From: a virus
Virus record (IMG/VR): IMGVR_UViG_3300027806_000001
Location: 64,001 to 128,000 of that record
Reading direction: 5' to 3' (one strand)
DNA: 64,000 nucleotides
The notes under the pieces are model-generated. The model did not search any database and was not told the DNA's origin. It was given only the letters and a program-made list of their open reading frames with translations. The position numbers and the translations under genes are program-made. Positions 9,614-18,827 of this stretch are shown here, piece after piece. Position 1 is the stretch's first letter. Each line of letters begins with the position of its first letter.

Positions 9614-10272
9614 CATCCCCTCCGGCGGAATCCCTCGACGATCACCCACAGCGCATGGGGCGCAAACCCCAGGCACGCCACGAGGATGCCGCCGGCGGGG
9701 TTGTCGAAGTAGGTTATGTAGCCCAGCAGCAGGAACAACGGCGTGAGCAGCAGGGTGATCCCCAGCAGGTCGGACCTCAGCGTAGGCTCGACGACGCACG
9801 CTCGGACCCCGAGGGCCGTCCAGACGAACGGCGCCGCGGCGGCCTTGGGGATGCGGACCCACCACGGCCGCCTGCGCAGTCGATCCAGGTTCCACCGTCC
9901 GTCAAAATGGCCTGCGAACCTGGTCATGCAGCTGACGACGTGATCGCACGTATACCCGTCGCCGCGCTCCCTCTGCGCCTCAACCACCCTGAACAGGTCG
10001 ACTCTTCCCGAGGCGTACCGGCGAAGCAGGTAGTCGCCGGCTCTCGGTCGCGGCTCGCCGTCGTCGCAGCTGTAGACGAAGTGGAAGAAGGTGCCGCAGG
10101 TAAGCCCCGCCCCCAGGTGGCCAGGCCCCAGGCCCTGGACGAACACCTTGCCGGCAGGGGCCTGCACCTTGGCCAGCTCCTCCTGCACCTCCTTGACCAG
10201 CTCCACCAGTTCCTCCGGTCCCTGGGTCAGCCCGATGTACCTCTGCAGCCACTGATGACTGTCCTCGCTCAT
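9610..10272 (-). CDS. Membrane protein (C-terminal TM helices)
   Basis: Coiled N-terminus, 2-3 hydrophobic segments at C-terminus. Confidence 0.5.
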   Translation of the reverse strand: MSEDSHQWLQRYIGLTQGPEELVELVKEVQEELAKVQAPAGKVFVQGLGPGHLGAGLTCGTFFHFVYSCDDGEPRPRAGDYLLRRYASGRVDLFRVVEAQRERGDGYTCDHVVSCMTRFAGHFDGRWNLDRLRRRPWWVRIPKAAAAPFVWTALGVRACVVEPTLRSDLLGITLLLTPLFLLLGYITYFDNPAGGILVACLGFAPHALWVIVEGFRRRGC

Positions 10273-10282
10273 GGTTCCTCCT

Positions 10283-10810
10283 CTATGCCTCGGTCAGGCC
10301 CTTGAGCCTCAGCCAGCCCTTGGTGGGAAACCTCTTGGTGGCGATGTCGATGTACAGCTGCATCGCCTTTTTTCGCTCACCAGGAGGAAAATCCCGCTCC
10401 ATGCCCGCGTCGTCGTTGCCCCAGACCGCCACCCTCCACCCGGCGTCTTCCGTAAGGCACAGAAACATGACGCACACGAATCTCGTGTCAGGGTACCTGG
10501 CGTCGTCCACCAGCTTGAAGTTGCCGTACCAGTCCTCCTGCACTGCCACGAAGGCCTCCAGCTTTAGCCCCGGTATGCCGGCAGGATCGCGGTTCAGGCA
10601 CTGCTGCAGCTTCTCGGAGGTGTCGCACTCAGCGGCAAGTGCGTGAGTCGCCTCGTTCAGGCGTTCTTCGAGGAGGGCGTTCTTGCCCTCCAGCCGGTGC
10701 AGCTCGAGTTGAAGCTCGCCGGCCTGCTTGGCCAGACCCTCGGTCTTCATCTGCTCGAGTTTCTCGAGTTTCTCTTTATCCATCAGTCGGCTCCTCCGGC
10801 TTTTCTTCAC
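10283..10810 (-). CDS. Hypothetical protein, N-terminal coiled coil
   Basis: 175-aa ORF; true start probably MDKEK. Confidence 0.55.
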   Translation of the reverse strand: MKKSRRSRLMDKEKLEKLEQMKTEGLAKQAGELQLELHRLEGKNALLEERLNEATHALAAECDTSEKLQQCLNRDPAGIPGLKLEAFVAVQEDWYGNFKLVDDARYPDTRFVCVMFLCLTEDAGWRVAVWGNDDAGMERDFPPGERKKAMQLYIDIATKRFPTKGWLRLKGLTEA

Positions 10811-11090
10811 CGAACCTCTGCACGGTCTCCGAGTCGATGACCACCGTCGGAGCGCCCGTCAGGACGACCCTCCGGTTGTCCACCGTGTAGACGACCCAGT
10901 TCGGCTCGTCGTTCGTGGGGGCTCGGAGCAGGCTGGCCGGGTACGAGGACCCGGACGCCGACACCACGGTCATAGACCCCCTCACCTCCACCACCTTGGC
11001 CGGGGTACCTATTATGGCAAAAACTATGACCAACCCTATGACGACCAACGATGCCGCTGCAATAACTGGACCTACCCCATCGTCACGCAT
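10776..11090 (-). CDS. Single-TM protein
   Basis: Hydrophobic N-terminal helix. Confidence 0.5.
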   Translation of the reverse strand: MRDDGVGPVIAAASLVVIGLVIVFAIIGTPAKVVEVRGSMTVVSASGSSYPASLLRAPTNDEPNWVVYTVDNRRVVLTGAPTVVIDSETVQRFGEEKPEEPTDG

Positions 11091-11574
11091 CTGGTTTCTC
11101 CTCGTTCATGTTGTCCGGCTTCTCCGGGGTGTGCGGCGGATCCTCGGGATGAGGCATCCACCACCTGGGATTGGACCCGTCGTTTCCCCATCCCAGGTGG
11201 TCCGTAGCCCAGTACGAAGACGCCGGTTCGTATCCGTTCGGGCTGTTCATGCCGGGGTCCTCCACCCAGCAAGCCGAGTAGACGCACTCGTTGACGTCGT
11301 CCCACAGCAGGACGTACGTTCCATCCCTGGGGGCCGTCTCGATCGGCTGCCACGACTTGGCCTGCAGGGCCTCGTCGCGCTGCTTCTCCAACTTCACGAT
11401 GGTTTCGATGAACTCGCCCTGCTGCTTCCCGAGAGCCTCGTTCTCATTGACATGGGCGGCGAGTTCGGCGCGGAGGCGCTTGTTTTCTTCGACCATTCGC
11501 TCGATGTTGGGGTAGTGCCACTTCGTGCCGTTCCACTCCCTCGCAGCAAGTAGTTCGATTGGCATGTCACTCAT
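11083..11574 (-). CDS. DUF551-like phage protein
   Basis: WQPIETAPRDGT.VLLW ... P.WWMP.PE.P. Confidence 0.65.
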   Translation of the reverse strand: MSDMPIELLAAREWNGTKWHYPNIERMVEENKRLRAELAAHVNENEALGKQQGEFIETIVKLEKQRDEALQAKSWQPIETAPRDGTYVLLWDDVNECVYSACWVEDPGMNSPNGYEPASSYWATDHLGWGNDGSNPRWWMPHPEDPPHTPEKPDNMNEEKPDA

Positions 11575-11933
11575 TGCTCCCCCTTCCGCATCGCGGCGAG
11601 CGTTGCATCGGCAACAGCGACAACCTCGGCTGCCATTGCATCTGGCGACATCCATCCCTCCAGACTCGATGCGCCCGTCAGCGCCGCGCGCACAAGCCGC
11701 TCGCGCAGTTTGCGGTCGCGGTCGGCGGGCGGGTTCTTGGGCGGGATGTAGAAGGCGGTCTTCTCAAGTTCCGCAACGCGCTGCTTCAACCCGTTCCGCT
11801 CCGCGACGAGCGCGGTGAGGGAGGCGTGGTAGTTCCCCGCGACATCGCTTGGGAGCGTGTGACAGGAGTAGCGGTCGGCGCATATGCTCAGATACCCGAG
11901 CAGCGCGTCGATGTCCTTGGTGGGGTCGGTCAT
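11571..11933 (-). CDS. Hypothetical, LRERLV...AAMRK paralog
   Basis: Shares N- and C-terminal segments with 12234-12719. Confidence 0.6.
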   Translation of the reverse strand: MTDPTKDIDALLGYLSICADRYSCHTLPSDVAGNYHASLTALVAERNGLKQRVAELEKTAFYIPPKNPPADRDRKLRERLVRAALTGASSLEGWMSPDAMAAEVVAVADATLAAMRKGEQ

Positions 11934-12244
11934 TCGTCCCCCTTCCGTATCGCGGCGTACCTAGAACGCCACCACTCGTCAAACTCCTGATCCGTCATGC
12001 GCTTGCGGTTCCATTCCCGAAGACACGCATGCATGCCGATGCGGGCTTGGATCGCATCCATGATGTATCCGCGTCGGCTGCGCCTTTGGTACTTCGGCGA
12101 TTCCGGCTCGCCAAGTCCGTTGCTCGGCCACTCCCATCGGTTCAGCGTGCACCACCAGACCGCCAGAGTTTGATCGCTCGCAGCCGCAATCGCCTTGCGG
12201 TCGTCGTCGGTGATTGCCGTCGTGCGTTCCGTGTCACTCTCCAT
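11930..12244 (-). CDS. Hypothetical Trp-rich protein
   Basis: Coupled on both sides; ends AAIRKGDE. Confidence 0.5.
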   Translation of the reverse strand: MESDTERTTAITDDDRKAIAAASDQTLAVWWCTLNRWEWPSNGLGEPESPKYQRRSRRGYIMDAIQARIGMHACLREWNRKRMTDQEFDEWWRSRYAAIRKGDE

Positions 12245-12719
12245 TCGCCTCCTCCTTCCGCATCGCGGCGAGCGTTGCGTTGGCTATACCTACGACATGG
12301 TCTGCGATAGCCTCTTGAGACACCCAGCCATCCTGACTGCAAGCGCCCTCAAGCGCCGCGCACACCAGCCGCTCGCGCAGGTTGCTGGCGGCTGGTGGCT
12401 GCGCCTCCAGTTCCGCCACGCGCTTCCGCAGTTCGACCATATCCCACACCCGATCCGCCTCCTCATCCTGATGCGCCTTGCACCGAGACCTGAGTGCGTT
12501 GTTTTCCTCCTGCAGCGCGTTCCGCTCCGCGATGAGATCCTTGATCGTCTCGGAATCGAAGCGCCTGCTGCATTGCGCCTTCAGCGCGTTCCGCTCCGCG
12601 ACGAGCGCGGTGAGGGCGGCGTGGTGTCGCTTCAAATCTGCAGTGTGGATGATCCCGCCAAACCGCTTCGGGTCTAAGGCGCGCAACAGCGCGTCGATGT
12701 CGTTCGTGATATCAGCCAT
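12234..12719 (-). CDS. Hypothetical, LRERLV...AAMRK paralog
   Basis: DIDALL..L, HAALTALVAERNAL, LRERLVCAAL. Confidence 0.6.
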   Translation of the reverse strand: MADITNDIDALLRALDPKRFGGIIHTADLKRHHAALTALVAERNALKAQCSRRFDSETIKDLIAERNALQEENNALRSRCKAHQDEEADRVWDMVELRKRVAELEAQPPAASNLRERLVCAALEGACSQDGWVSQEAIADHVVGIANATLAAMRKEEANGE

Positions 12720-12987
12720 TCGTGTCCTCCTCGATCATCTCGACCACGATCGGGGTGCGAGGCCCGAGCCAGCCGCCCTCGATGTTCACGGAGCAGAACT
12801 CTGAGGCCTGCTCCTCGGTCATGCCGTCACGCTCGACCAGGAGGCGGACGATCCGCCCCCGGTCGTAGACCACCACCGCGGGCTCGCCGCATCGGACCCC
12901 CATGCCGACGACAGCGGCGTCGAGTCCGTCGAACATCACGGCCTCGTCGTCGCGCTCGGCGATCCACTCTCGTGTGCGGTCACTCAT
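12712..12987 (-). CDS. Conserved phage hypothetical protein
   Basis: DGLDAAVVG..VVYD....L....GM..E.A.EF...NIEG.W.G..TP pattern. Confidence 0.65.
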   Translation of the reverse strand: MSDRTREWIAERDDEAVMFDGLDAAVVGMGVRCGEPAVVVYDRGRIVRLLVERDGMTEEQASEFCSVNIEGGWLGPRTPIVVEMIEEDTNG

Positions 12988-13322
12988 GCGCCACCTCTCT
13001 TCCGCATCGCGGCGATGGCGGCATCGGCTGCCTCAACGCCTTTCTCGATGTACGAACTGAGTTCATATCGCTCTGCAGGCACGGTGTCATTCCAGCTTGC
13101 CAGCATCACGGGAAACGCCCCCACGACCAGCCGCTCGAAAAGTTCGCGCCGTTGCTTTTCGAGCACTTTGTTCATCGCTTCGCGCTGAAGCTTGCACTCC
13201 TCCTTGTATTTATCCCGATCCTCGACGAGCCTGCGGATGGCTTTAGCCCATCGGAGATCGGCGGACAGACTGCCGTCCAAGTATTCCAGCGCCGCCTCGA
13301 TGTGGATGTCGTTGTCGCTCAT
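12984..13322 (-). CDS. Hypothetical, AAMRK paralog
   Basis: Start MSDNDIH; ends ADAAIAAMRKRGGA. Confidence 0.55.
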   Translation of the reverse strand: MSDNDIHIEAALEYLDGSLSADLRWAKAIRRLVEDRDKYKEECKLQREAMNKVLEKQRRELFERLVVGAFPVMLASWNDTVPAERYELSSYIEKGVEAADAAIAAMRKRGGA

Positions 13323-13720
13323 TCGTCCTCCTCCGGCGCGGTCACGGCCTTGCCCTCGTCGAACGACATGAGGCGCTCGCCGCAGCAGCCCCACTCGGCC
13401 ACCCACATCGGGGTGGACTCGCTCATGGTGAAGTCCCCGCCCTTGTAGCCCTGCAGGGTCCGGCCCATGACGTCCCTGCACTCCTGCAGGAGCTCCGAGG
13501 CCGGGCGGGTGCCCGCGCCCCGGGAGAACGCCAGGTCCGAGTAGTAGCCCCGGTAGCTGTGCCTGGCGCACAGGTTGTCCACCTGGGCGTCGCCCGGCAT
13601 CTTCTCGAGCACCTCGATCAGCTTGCCGAGGGTCATCTGGGTCCTGGACCTGTCGACGCGGCCCGCCTCGCTCATCGCGTCCACCAGCGCCTGAAGGGGG
13701 CTGATTTTTCCGTTGTTCAT
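13319..13720 (-). CDS. Conserved phage hypothetical protein
   Basis: QMTLGKLIE.L, SYRGYYSDLAF, GYKGGDF.M...TP.W pattern. Confidence 0.65.
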   Translation of the reverse strand: MNNGKISPLQALVDAMSEAGRVDRSRTQMTLGKLIEVLEKMPGDAQVDNLCARHSYRGYYSDLAFSRGAGTRPASELLQECRDVMGRTLQGYKGGDFTMSESTPMWVAEWGCCGERLMSFDEGKAVTAPEEDE

Positions 13721-14214
13721 TCCTTGTTCTCCTTGGCAGGGTCCTTCCCCTGCGATTCGATGAATTCTCCAAACACGTCCTTGTCCTCCGGCCACACCTC
13801 CTCGACCGGCCAGCCCGCCGCCATCCTGGCCTCCTTCAACCGCTCCCGGAGCTCCTCGATCTCTGCGGCATCTCCCTCGCACTTGACCCAGGCTCCCTCC
13901 TGGTAGCCCTGGGCATCCACCGACCGGGACCACTCCCACCGGTACCCCATGCTCTGCAGCTTCTCCACTGCAGCCTCGCCGACGATGTCGCCGCCGTCGG
14001 ACCAGATTGCGATCTCGTCGCCATCCAGGGACCGCCCGTAGACGGCCTTGGGGTTCCTCATGGGGTGGTCCGGATCCGAACCCTCGTCCACGGCCTCCTG
14101 GGCCTTCTCGACGACGCACCTGTAGGTCGCCACCAGCGTGCCGGACGGGGCGGTCCACGCCACCCCGTCGCAGCAGCCTCCGTCCGCACCGTGGGTTTCG
14201 CGCTGCTCGTTCAT
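13717..14214 (-). CDS. Hypothetical protein
   Basis: 165 aa, coupled. Confidence 0.5.
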   Translation of the reverse strand: MNEQRETHGADGGCCDGVAWTAPSGTLVATYRCVVEKAQEAVDEGSDPDHPMRNPKAVYGRSLDGDEIAIWSDGGDIVGEAAVEKLQSMGYRWEWSRSVDAQGYQEGAWVKCEGDAAEIEELRERLKEARMAAGWPVEEVWPEDKDVFGEFIESQGKDPAKENKE

Positions 14215-14900
14215 GCTTCCTCCTTTTCTTCGGGTTCCGACGAGGTGTCGAGCTCGTCGTCATCGGCCAGGGGCACGATCGCCAGGTCCCGCCTGGAGGC
14301 CGCCCAGACGATCCGCAGGCAGGGCTGCTCCTTGCCCTCGCCGTCCTCGAAGGTGCCGTCCTCGAGGTGGGCGCCGAGTCCGTGGGCCAGTTCCCAGATG
14401 ACCTCCGCCAGGGTCTTCTTGGAGAGCTTGCTGAGGATCCGCGGCTTCTCCGCCAGCGGCTCGACCGCGGCCTCCTCCTCCAGCATCCCCACCTTGCTCC
14501 TCAGGATGTTCAGGATGCGCTTGGCCTCCAGGCCGCGCGCCTCGTCGGTCATGCCCTGAGGGAAGGCCAGGTCCCGCCGGCCGAGCATGAGGGCGACGTA
14601 GCCGCGCATGCCCGACTCGCGCACCTGGGCCTCCAGGGAGGCCTTGCTCTCCTCGTCCAGCTCGAGCTCGTGGAGCATGATCGTCCGGGCGACCTGGTCC
14701 TGGACGACCAGCTCGATCACGTGCAGCATGGCCTTGTCCATCTGCTCGAGGGCGGCCTTGTGCCGGGCCGTCAGGATACGGGCCTCGAGCAGGACCTTGT
14801 CCACGTCGAAGAACCTGGTCTCGAAGGGCAGCTTGGCCCGCACCTGCCCGATCTCCGCCCTCAGTCCGTCCATCTCCGTCTTGGGATCCTGTGGCTTCAC
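14211..14900 (-). CDS. Hypothetical protein
   Basis: 229 aa, GTG start overlapping upstream stop. Confidence 0.55.
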   Translation of the reverse strand: MKPQDPKTEMDGLRAEIGQVRAKLPFETRFFDVDKVLLEARILTARHKAALEQMDKAMLHVIELVVQDQVARTIMLHELELDEESKASLEAQVRESGMRGYVALMLGRRDLAFPQGMTDEARGLEAKRILNILRSKVGMLEEEAAVEPLAEKPRILSKLSKKTLAEVIWELAHGLGAHLEDGTFEDGEGKEQPCLRIVWAASRRDLAIVPLADDDELDTSSEPEEKEEA

Positions 14901-15232
14901 TTCTTCCTGCCTTTCTTGTTGGTCTGCTTCCTGGGTGGAAGGATGGTACGCCTCTCAAAACACTCGATCATCTGCCTGACGATCTCGTAGTCCTCCTTCT
15001 TGGTCTTGCCGGGAAGCTCTTCCTCGGGCAGGTCGGCCAGCCAGTTGCGCGCACAAGAGTGAGAACTCTTGGCGATCACGTTCCATTTGTTTGGATCGTC
15101 GATAAGGCTCAGCTTGCTGCCCGTCTCCGGATACCTGAGGTACGTGCCAGACCCTCGGCACCGGAGTAGGTGGTAGAAGTGCACGAAGCTCTTCCTGATC
15201 TTTCCGTCTGACTTCCTGTGTCGCCTGCCCAT
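14897..15232 (-). CDS. Hypothetical protein, KKGRK C-terminus
   Basis: 111 aa. Confidence 0.5.
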   Translation of the reverse strand: MGRRHRKSDGKIRKSFVHFYHLLRCRGSGTYLRYPETGSKLSLIDDPNKWNVIAKSSHSCARNWLADLPEEELPGKTKKEDYEIVRQMIECFERRTILPPRKQTNKKGRKK

Positions 15233-15235
15233 GTG

Positions 15236-15517
15236 CTACTCCTTGCGCTCGAGCGCGTCTTCCATGCGGAACACCTCGCGCCCCTCGGCGTCGAGGTACA
15301 CGGTCCGGGTGACCTCGTAGGTGCGCACCGTCAGGCCCTCCACCGTCAGTCCGTCCAGCAGGACGCCGGACGTCACGGTGTTGTCCCGGACGTACTGCTC
15401 CTGCCGCTCGTCCTCGGCCTTACGGACCAAGACTATGGCGATCATGCCGCCCATGACCGCGATCACCAGGATCAGCACGAGCACCCCCTGCGACCACTCC
15501 TTGAATTCCTTTTTCAC
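15236..15517 (-). CDS. Single-TM protein
   Basis: Hydrophobic residues 11-30. Confidence 0.55.
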   Translation of the reverse strand: MKKEFKEWSQGVLVLILVIAVMGGMIAIVLVRKAEDERQEQYVRDNTVTSGVLLDGLTVEGLTVRTYEVTRTVYLDAEGREVFRMEDALERKE

Positions 15518-15819
15518 TTCTTCCTGCCTTTCTTCTTAGCCTGCTTCTTTTTGGACTTCCGGGGTCTGGGGGCGGTCGCCTTTCCGCCACCCTTGGCGTC
15601 GATGCCTCCAAGGGAGTCCGCGACGATCATCCCCGCGGACTCGACATCGTCCAGAGCCTCATCGATCGCGTCGTGCACCTGCTCGAACTTGTGATTGCCG
15701 AGCTCGGCAGCCTGATCGTCGGTCAGAAGCCGGTCGAACGCCAGGAGGGACGTGGTACCTTTGTGCTCCGCCTTGAGCTGCTTCAGCGCGGAGATGTACT
15801 CGTTGATGGTGAGGATCAC
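15514..15819 (-). CDS. Hypothetical protein, KKGRK C-terminus
   Basis: GTG start overlapping upstream TGA. Confidence 0.5.
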   Translation of the reverse strand: MILTINEYISALKQLKAEHKGTTSLLAFDRLLTDDQAAELGNHKFEQVHDAIDEALDDVESAGMIVADSLGGIDAKGGGKATAPRPRKSKKKQAKKKGRKK

Positions 15820-16148
15820 TGCTTCCTGCCTTTCTTCTTGGTCTGCTTGGCCGCATTCTCGCGGCGGTGGATCTCGCTCCATAGACGTGGGCCGCCCGTC
15901 CAGGTCCTGCCCTGGAGCTCGATGTACGCATCCTCGATCAGGGCGGCCAGCTTGGGCGCGTTGCCGGTGAAGGTCTTGGCGTAGAAGTAGCCGTCCCAGT
16001 CGTAAAGAGTCATGCTGGCCGCGGCAATCCTGCGCTCTAGATCCTTGATGCGTTTCTGCGCCTTGAGCAGCTCCGAGGTCGCACACCCGCACGTCGCAGG
16101 CTTGGCCTTGGAGGATCCCGTCTTACGACTCTTTGCCTGCTTGCTCAT
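15816..16148 (-). CDS. Hypothetical protein, KKGRK C-terminus
   Basis: Start MSKQAK uses the cluster C junction. Confidence 0.55.
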   Translation of the reverse strand: MSKQAKSRKTGSSKAKPATCGCATSELLKAQKRIKDLERRIAAASMTLYDWDGYFYAKTFTGNAPKLAALIEDAYIELQGRTWTGGPRLWSEIHRRENAAKQTKKKGRKQ

Positions 16149-16447
16149 CCTGCCCCCTTTCCGTTGCCATCGCCATAGCCGTAGCCGCTGACGTAGCCAA
16201 AGCCATAGCCACTGCCGTAGCCGCAGCCTCTGCCGCAGCCGTAGCCTGTGCCATCGCTGCTGCCAGATCCAGTGCCACGGCCGTTGCCCCAGCCGTAGCC
16301 ACTGCCGGTGCCGTGGCCACTGCCCCTGCCATCGCCGAACTCGCCGCCGCACTTGCCGAAGCCTACGCCTCTGCCGGAGCCATCGCCCTCGCCGCAGCCA
16401 CTGCCGCTGCCGTCGCCATTGCAGTACTCGATGTTCTGCGTGCTCAT
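16145..16447 (-). CDS. (Gly-X)n micro-protein, cluster C
   Basis: Leader MSTQNIEY; ends GNGKGAG. Confidence 0.7.
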   Translation of the reverse strand: MSTQNIEYCNGDGSGSGCGEGDGSGRGVGFGKCGGEFGDGRGSGHGTGSGYGWGNGRGTGSGSSDGTGYGCGRGCGYGSGYGFGYVSGYGYGDGNGKGAG

Positions 16448-16764
16448 CCTGTCCCCCTTCCGTTGCCATCGCCCTCGCCCCTGCCGTAGCCCCTGCCGTA
16501 GCCTGTGCCGTTGCCCATGCCGCGGCCATAGCCAAAGTCGCCGCCTGCGCCGCCTACTCCGCCACCCACTCCGCTGCCATCGCCCCTGCCGTTACCCCAG
16601 CCTCTGCCGCAGCCGTAGCCTGTGCCATCGCCGTCGCCCCTGCCTTCCGCCCTGCCGCAGCCTGTACCGAGGTATTCGCGGTTGCCATGGCCCCAGCCCC
16701 AGCCGCTGCCGAAGCCTTGGCCGGCAATTGCTCCGCAGCCGTACTCGATCCTCTGCTTGCTCAT
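16444..16764 (-). CDS. (Gly-X)n micro-protein, cluster C
   Basis: Leader MSKQRIEYG. Confidence 0.7.
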   Translation of the reverse strand: MSKQRIEYGCGAIAGQGFGSGWGWGHGNREYLGTGCGRAEGRGDGDGTGYGCGRGWGNGRGDGSGVGGGVGGAGGDFGYGRGMGNGTGYGRGYGRGEGDGNGRGTG

Positions 16765-17162
16765 CCTGCCCCCTTTCTGCGGCCATTGCCCCAGCCGCGG
16801 GCCGTGCCGCAACCGTGACCTCTGCCCATGCCGTCGCCGTAGCCGCTGCCCTGGCCGTCTCCAGCAAAGAAGTACGGGCCGCCGCCGGAGCCCTGACCAT
16901 TGGTGTAGCTGGGGCCGAAGAAGCTTGTAGTGCCGTAGCCTGTGCCGTCGCCGCAGCCCTTGCCGTCGCCGTCTCCATAGCCATCGCCGCGGCCATCGCC
17001 ACCAAAGACAAAGCCATGCGCCGAGCCGTGGCCGTAGCCTGTGCCGTCGCCGCAGCCCTTGCCGCTGCCGCTGCCCCAGCCTGCGCCCCAGCCGTCGCCG
17101 TCCGCGTCGCCGCGGCCTGTGCCGAGGCTATTGCAGTTGCCTAAGTTGCGTTTCTTGCTCAT
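16761..17162 (-). CDS. (Gly-X)n micro-protein, cluster C
   Basis: Leader MSKKRNLG. Confidence 0.7.
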   Translation of the reverse strand: MSKKRNLGNCNSLGTGRGDADGDGWGAGWGSGSGKGCGDGTGYGHGSAHGFVFGGDGRGDGYGDGDGKGCGDGTGYGTTSFFGPSYTNGQGSGGGPYFFAGDGQGSGYGDGMGRGHGCGTARGWGNGRRKGAG

Positions 17163-17497
17163 CCTGCCCCCTCCCCGTTGCCGGCGCCCAGGGTTGCACC
17201 CCCGCCATTGCCAGTGCCGTTGCCGTTGCCCCTGCCGTTGCCCTGGGCTAAGCCGCCGGTCCAGTTCCGGCCATCGCCGTAGCCATAGCCGCCGCCAGTG
17301 CCGTAGCCGCCGCAGTTGCCGCCGCCGTAGCCGCTGCCACTGCCGTCGCCGTCGCCGCCGTAGCCGGTGCCGCGGCCTTGGCCGCGGCCGCAGCCCTCGC
17401 CGCTGCCGCTGCCCCTGCCCCAGCCTGCGCCCCAGCCGCTGCCGTCGCCATGGCCGGAGGCCGTGCCCTTGCCGTACTCGATGTTCTGCGTGCTCAT
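17159..17497 (-). CDS. (Gly-X)n micro-protein, cluster C
   Basis: Leader MSTQNIEYG. Confidence 0.7.
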   Translation of the reverse strand: MSTQNIEYGKGTASGHGDGSGWGAGWGRGSGSGEGCGRGQGRGTGYGGDGDGSGSGYGGGNCGGYGTGGGYGYGDGRNWTGGLAQGNGRGNGNGTGNGGGATLGAGNGEGAG

Positions 17498-17856
17498 CCT
17501 GTTCCCTCCCCGTTGCCGGCGCCCAGGGTTTCACCATGGCCGCTGCCACTGCCCATGCCGTTGCCCTTGCCATCGCCCCTGCCGTCGCCGCCGCCGCAGC
17601 CGCTGCCACTGCCCATGCCGTTGCCCTTGCCATCGCCCCTGCCGTCGCCGCCGCCGCAGCCGTTGCCACGGCCTGAGCCGTCGCCACTGCCGTCGCCGAA
17701 CCCGGCGCTGCCGCCGCCGTAGTTGTTGCCATCTCCCCAGCACCGGCCGTAGCCTTGGCTATCGCCGCAGCCTGAGCCGCTGCCGTAGCCCCCGCCTCTG
17801 CCGCAACCGTGGCCGGAGGCCGTGCCGTAGCCGTACTCGATCCTCTGCTTGCTCAT
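17494..17856 (-). CDS. (Gly-X)n micro-protein, cluster C
   Basis: Leader MSKQRIEYG; internal 60-bp tandem duplication. Confidence 0.7.
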   Translation of the reverse strand: MSKQRIEYGYGTASGHGCGRGGGYGSGSGCGDSQGYGRCWGDGNNYGGGSAGFGDGSGDGSGRGNGCGGGDGRGDGKGNGMGSGSGCGGGDGRGDGKGNGMGSGSGHGETLGAGNGEGTG

Positions 17857-18281
17857 CCTGCCCCCTTTCCGTTGCCGTCGCCCATACCTCTCTGAAACCC
17901 GTGGCCATAGCCGCAGCCCCTGCCGTCGCCCTGGCCCCGGCCCCTGACCTGAGCCGACGGGCTACCGTAGGGAAACAGAAGCCCTCCGCAACCGTGACCT
18001 CTGCCCATGCCGTCGCCGTGACCTTGGCCGTAGTCCGGCTGACTGGACTTGACCGTCCTGACCAGAGGCCCGCAACCGTCGCCAGTTCCGTTGCCGTCGC
18101 CGTGGCCACTGCCCCAGGGGGAGTAGCCTTCGTCGCCGCCGTAGCCGTTGCCACAGCCGGCGGTCGACCTGCTCCTGCCGGTGCTCCAGCCCCGGCCTTT
18201 GCCATCGCCTTGGCCTGCGCCATCGCCAAAGCCGCTGCCGCGGCGTGCAAGCGCCTCGGCTGAAAATTCATCGTTGCTCAT
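17853..18281 (-). CDS. (Gly-X)n micro-protein, cluster C
   Basis: Leader MSNDEFSAEALARR. Confidence 0.65.
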   Translation of the reverse strand: MSNDEFSAEALARRGSGFGDGAGQGDGKGRGWSTGRSRSTAGCGNGYGGDEGYSPWGSGHGDGNGTGDGCGPLVRTVKSSQPDYGQGHGDGMGRGHGCGGLLFPYGSPSAQVRGRGQGDGRGCGYGHGFQRGMGDGNGKGAG

Positions 18282-18625
18282 TTCTTCCCCTTTCCGTTGC
18301 CTCGACCTTGGCCGTTGCCGCTGCCGCAACCATCACCAGAGCCGTTGCCGTTGCCGTCACCGTTAGCGGTTCCGCTGCCGAAACCGAAGCCGCGGCCGTC
18401 GCCCATGCCGCAACAGCAACCACGGCCCATGCCATCGCCGCTGCCGCTGCAATAGCCGGAGCCGCTGCCGTTGCCGCTGCCGATGCCACTGCCGTTGCCA
18501 TAGCCCCAGCCGCTGCCAGTGCCGTTGCCGTAGCCCTCACCTGTGCCGTTGCCGAACCCGGCGCCGCTGCCACTGCCGTAGCCCCTGCCGCTGCCGTCGC
18601 CATAATCGATCCTCTGCGTGCTCAT
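18278..18625 (-). CDS. (Gly-X)n micro-protein, cluster C
   Basis: Leader MSTQRIDYG. Confidence 0.7.
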   Translation of the reverse strand: MSTQRIDYGDGSGRGYGSGSGAGFGNGTGEGYGNGTGSGWGYGNGSGIGSGNGSGSGYCSGSGDGMGRGCCCGMGDGRGFGFGSGTANGDGNGNGSGDGCGSGNGQGRGNGKGKK

Positions 18626-18692
18626 CCTGCCCCCTTTCCGTTGCCGTCGCTGCCACCCTGCGCCGAGCCGTGGCCCATGCCGTTGCCTTGAG

Positions 18693-18827
18693 TCATTCGA
18701 AGTCCTCCGTCTCGTGGGGCTCCAGGATCGGGCACCCTGCGCCGACCCAGGAGTCCATGCATTTGTGGCACCACGGCCACGACTCGTTCTCGTCGTATTC
18801 CCGCTTGCAGTTATCGCACTCGGCCAT
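18693..18827 (-). CDS. 44-aa Zn-ribbon-like micro-protein
   Basis: MAECDNCKR...WCHKC...; RBS aaagggg; below ORF-track cutoff. Confidence 0.5.
   Translation of the reverse strand: MAECDNCKREYDENESWPWCHKCMDSWVGAGCPILEPHETEDFE

Noticed and set aside
16145-18625. CRISPR array in the repeat clusters
   Set aside because: No constant repeat with unique equal-length spacers; repeats are coding
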